Source of the DNA: Chara braunii
Lineage: Eukaryota > Plantae > Charophyceae
NCBI GenBank assembly: GCA_003427395.1
Contig: BFEA01000025.1
Span: forward strand, 4,008,090 to 4,060,700
Direction of reading: 5' to 3'
DNA length: 52,611 bases
Part shown: piece after piece, positions 49,232 through 52,611 of the stretch
How positions within the stretch are numbered: the stretch's first letter is position 1
How the letters are laid out: each line of letters opens with the position of its first letter
The notes under the pieces: generated by a model
Seen by the model: only the letters and a program-made list of their open reading frames with translations
Databases searched by the model: none
Told to the model about the DNA's origin: nothing
Made by a program: the position numbers and the translations under genes

Positions 49232-50774
49232 NNNNNNNNNNNNNNNNNNNNNNNNNNNNNNNNNNNNNNNNNNNNNNNNNNNNNNNNNNNNNNNNNNNNN
49301 NNNNNNNNNNNNNNNNNNNNNNNNNNNNNNNNNNNNNNNNNNNNNNNNNNNNNNNNNNNNNNNNNNNNNNNNNNNNNNNNNNNNNNNNNNNNNNNNNNNN
49401 NNNNNNNNNNNNNNNNNNNNNNNNNNNNNNNNNNNNNNNNNNNNNNNNNNNNNNNNNNNNNNNNNNNNNNNNNNNNNNNNNNNNNNNNNNNNNNNNNNNN
49501 NNNNNNNNNNNNNNNNNNNNNNNNNNNNNNNNNNNNNNNNNNNNNNNNNNNNNNNNNNNNNNNNNNNNNNNNNNNNNNNNNNNNNNNNNNNNNNNNNNNN
49601 NNNNNNNNNNNNNNNNNNNNNNNNNNNNNNNNNNNNNNNNNNNNNNNNNNNNNNNNNNNNNNNNNNNNNNNNNNNNNNNNNNNNNNNNNNNNNNNNNNNN
49701 NNNNNNNNNNNNNNNNNNNNNNNNNNNNNNNNNNNNNNNNNNNNNNNNNNNNNNNNNNNNNNNNNNNNNNNNNNNNNNNNNNNNNNNNNNNNNNNNNNNN
49801 NNNNNNNNNNNNNNNNNNNNNNNNNNNNNNNNNNNNNNNNNNNNNNNNNNNNNNNNNNNNNNNNNNNNNNNNNNNNNNNNNNNNNNNNNNNNNNNNNNNN
49901 NNNNNNNNNNNNNNNNNNNNNNNNNNNNNNNNNNNNNNNNNNNNNNNNNNNNNNNNNNNNNNNNNNNNNNNNNNNNNNNNNNNNNNNNNNNNNNNNNNNN
50001 NNNNNNNNNNNNNNNNNNNNNNNNNNNNNNNNNNNNNNNNNNNNNNNNNNNNNNNNNNNNNNNNNNNNNNNNNNNNNNNNNNNNNNNNNNNNNNNNNNNN
50101 NNNNNNNNNNNNNNNNNNNNNNNNNNNNNNNNNNNNNNNNNNNNNNNNNNNNNNNNNNNNNNNNNNNNNNNNNNNNNNNNNNNNNNNNNNNNNNNNNNNN
50201 NNNNNNNNNNNGGGGGGGGGGGGGGTGTTGGGGTGGGGTTGGGATAGGGTAAGGGGAAAAGAGGGTTGTGATTCTGAAGTGGGGACAACATTACATTGAA
50301 TAGTAGGAATAGTGAGGAACGCATATGGAAGATGCGTGTGAACCACGTTGGAAGGGTTGTTGGTGTATCCTCTTGGGATGGAGTAAGTGGATGTAGGGCC
50401 CAGCAGACCCGCCCCCCCGGCCGGAGACAGGGTGCTTGCTAGGCCCCTGGCACATCTCCGATCAGGAGCGGGTGTGTCATGAGTCCACCCTTCCCAGTCC
50501 CTGCCACATGCGGGTCCCGATACCCCCCAGACAACTATAACTATTCTGGACCACTGTGTTCCTATGGTTGCCGGTGATAAGCAACCGGACTGCCGCCCGC
50601 CAGAATAAATGGGGCAAGTGTCTTCAAAAAAAAAAAGAACCATGTATACCAATGTTTACCCATGTGGGTACAAACGCACCTATACCAAGCTTACGCATAT
50701 TTACTCACATTTACCCACATAGGTGTAAACCCGCAAAAACCTATCCTTACCCACATTTATGAATCTTCTCGCAT

Positions 50775-50848
<74 letters not shown>

Positions 50849-50883
50849 CTTCTTGCTAATCTTCCCTTTTGCGCAGAAGAAAT

Positions 50884-50953
<70 letters not shown>

Positions 50954-52611
50954 ACAGGGGACTTTTTCAAGAAAGAGGGAGGCAACTGGGAGCAAGAATT
51001 GACAGTGGGAAGTTCTGCGGAATGACCAGCTACGAAGAGTGAGCATTAACCTTTACCCCCCTCTGCTGCTCTCACCAGCCCAGTTGGCTGATTTCTTTTA
51101 ACGAGAAAAAGAATTCAGAAAAAATTCACAGAAATCCTCTAATAACTGGGAGGCCGGGGACTCCCGGATGTATCAATTCCCGACTCCCTGCCTGCAGCTT
51201 TTTGAGCCCGGCAGGAGAGGTACCGCGTCACGGGGTACCCATACCTTCGTTTTTCATTCCTCTGTTCATCTTTTCGTTGTCCTTTCTTCTTTTCTTTTTT
51301 CTTTTTTCTTTTTTCTTTTTCTCTTTTTCTCTTTTTTTTCTTTTTTCTTTTTTCTTTTTTCTTTTTTCTTTTTTCTTTTTCTTTCTTTCCCTTTTTTTTT
51401 TTTGTTTGTTGCGGCCTTCCACGCCCTCGGTTCCAAAATCTGACGACAAAATCGAGAATCAGAAGAACCACATCGGAAAGGCCGAACCATTGGTACAGGA
51501 TTGTGTCGAGCGCGCTATGAACAGGGCGTACCACGCAAGGAAGGGCACAACGCCACTCGAAAAGTGAGAATTGAACTCTTGGACGGGGGATTATAGCAGG
51601 ATCTTGACGAACGCACGGGAGAGTCTTTTTTTCTTTTTTCTTTTTCTTCTCTTCTTCTCTTTTCATTTTTTCTTTTGGTGGAATTTGGGAGGCGAACGGT
51701 CTCGAACTACTGCACTATGGGACACGCGATAGGGAATAATTAGACGGTGTTCTTTTTGAGAAGCATGTTCAAGACACGGGATGATGACTAGGTGCAGAGC
51801 CTGTCAGTATGGAACAGGGAGCTACTACGACGACTGTTTTTCGGGAAACGACGACAAGTGGGGGCCAGGGGTCTACAGAGTGTAAAACTGGGAACGGGCA
51901 CTGTAGCAAAACATCATTTGCGTAATTCGAGCGTGCAATCTGAGGGTGACCTTCTCGATCAAGCGAGCGGGAATTCAACCGGCAGGAGCCGTCTCTCAGC
52001 ATGGATTTCTTCACGGACCCAGACCTCGGCGATGACTTGATGGAGCCCGAAGAATCGGTGTAGTCCACACACCCTTGACGTTTTTTACGTCACGTGCATG
52101 GGACTGGTAGCAGCACGCAGCAGCCGACGATACGCAGCAATAGCAGGGCCGGTAACGCCCACCACGCAGCGCGACGCATAGCTCACTAGCATGGCAGGCA
52201 ACGCCGAGGTGAGAGGTTGCAGGACAGAGGAGAGTATAGCCATCTACGCCTTCGTCACGTACCTTGCACTCCTCGCTGGCATAGCGCTTCTGAGCATCAT
52301 TGCGACCTTGCCACCTCAGCCATCCTCGCCTCCTCCATGGTCTGAACCCTCCTCTTCTCTCCCCCCCCACTCCCCCCCTCCTCCCGCCCATTCCACCTGG
52401 CCCTCTCCCCCGCGATCCACCAATCAGGTGTGCTGTCGGGGTTCGCTCTACGATCTGCCGTTACTAGCGGCACCTGTTCCCTATGTGACACCCGCGGCCT
52501 AGGCCGCGGGCATTTCGGCTGCCGCGACCGAGATTCTTGGCCGCGGCCTGGTGTTTCAATATTTCCCCCCCCCCCTAAATACGGAAATATATATATATAT
52601 ATATATATATA

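Noticed and set aside
50330-50637. LINE 3' end (AATAAA followed by an A-run)
   Set aside because: Plausible, but there is no protein motif or TSD and the upstream part is lost in the gap.

Overview
Eukaryotic, repeat-dominated nuclear DNA from a gapped short-read assembly; every N-gap sits at a microsatellite or homopolymer. It is most likely a streptophyte green alga such as Chara (inferred from plant-type U2/U6 and MIC10, an organelle-type tRNA-Gly and the repeat style). Only one intact host gene is recognisable: MICOS subunit MIC10 (35764-36129, +). The rest is decayed mobile DNA: a Penelope-like RT with a downstream hammerhead-like motif, a Gypsy-type integrase remnant, a full-termini PIF/Harbinger element inside a (TG)n tract, TA- and TTAA-flanked MITEs, a tRNA-derived SINE family, satellites and microsatellites. 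Three structures stand out. (1) A 735-bp nest of small-RNA pseudogenes at 33236-33970: a mitochondrial-type tRNA-Gly split at the anticodon by a TSD-flanked poly(A) insert, and a 5'-inverted U2 retrocopy inside a MITE TIR that itself contains a U6 retrocopy with a remodelled catalytic region. (2) A family of hammerhead-ribozyme-like repeats in (CA)/(CATA)-rich DNA at 9244-11016 and 32494-32547. (3) A Nextera mate-pair junction adapter at 44405-44441, which is an assembly artefact. Most ORFs in the supplied track are spurious. All family assignments come from motif recognition by eye, not from database searches.
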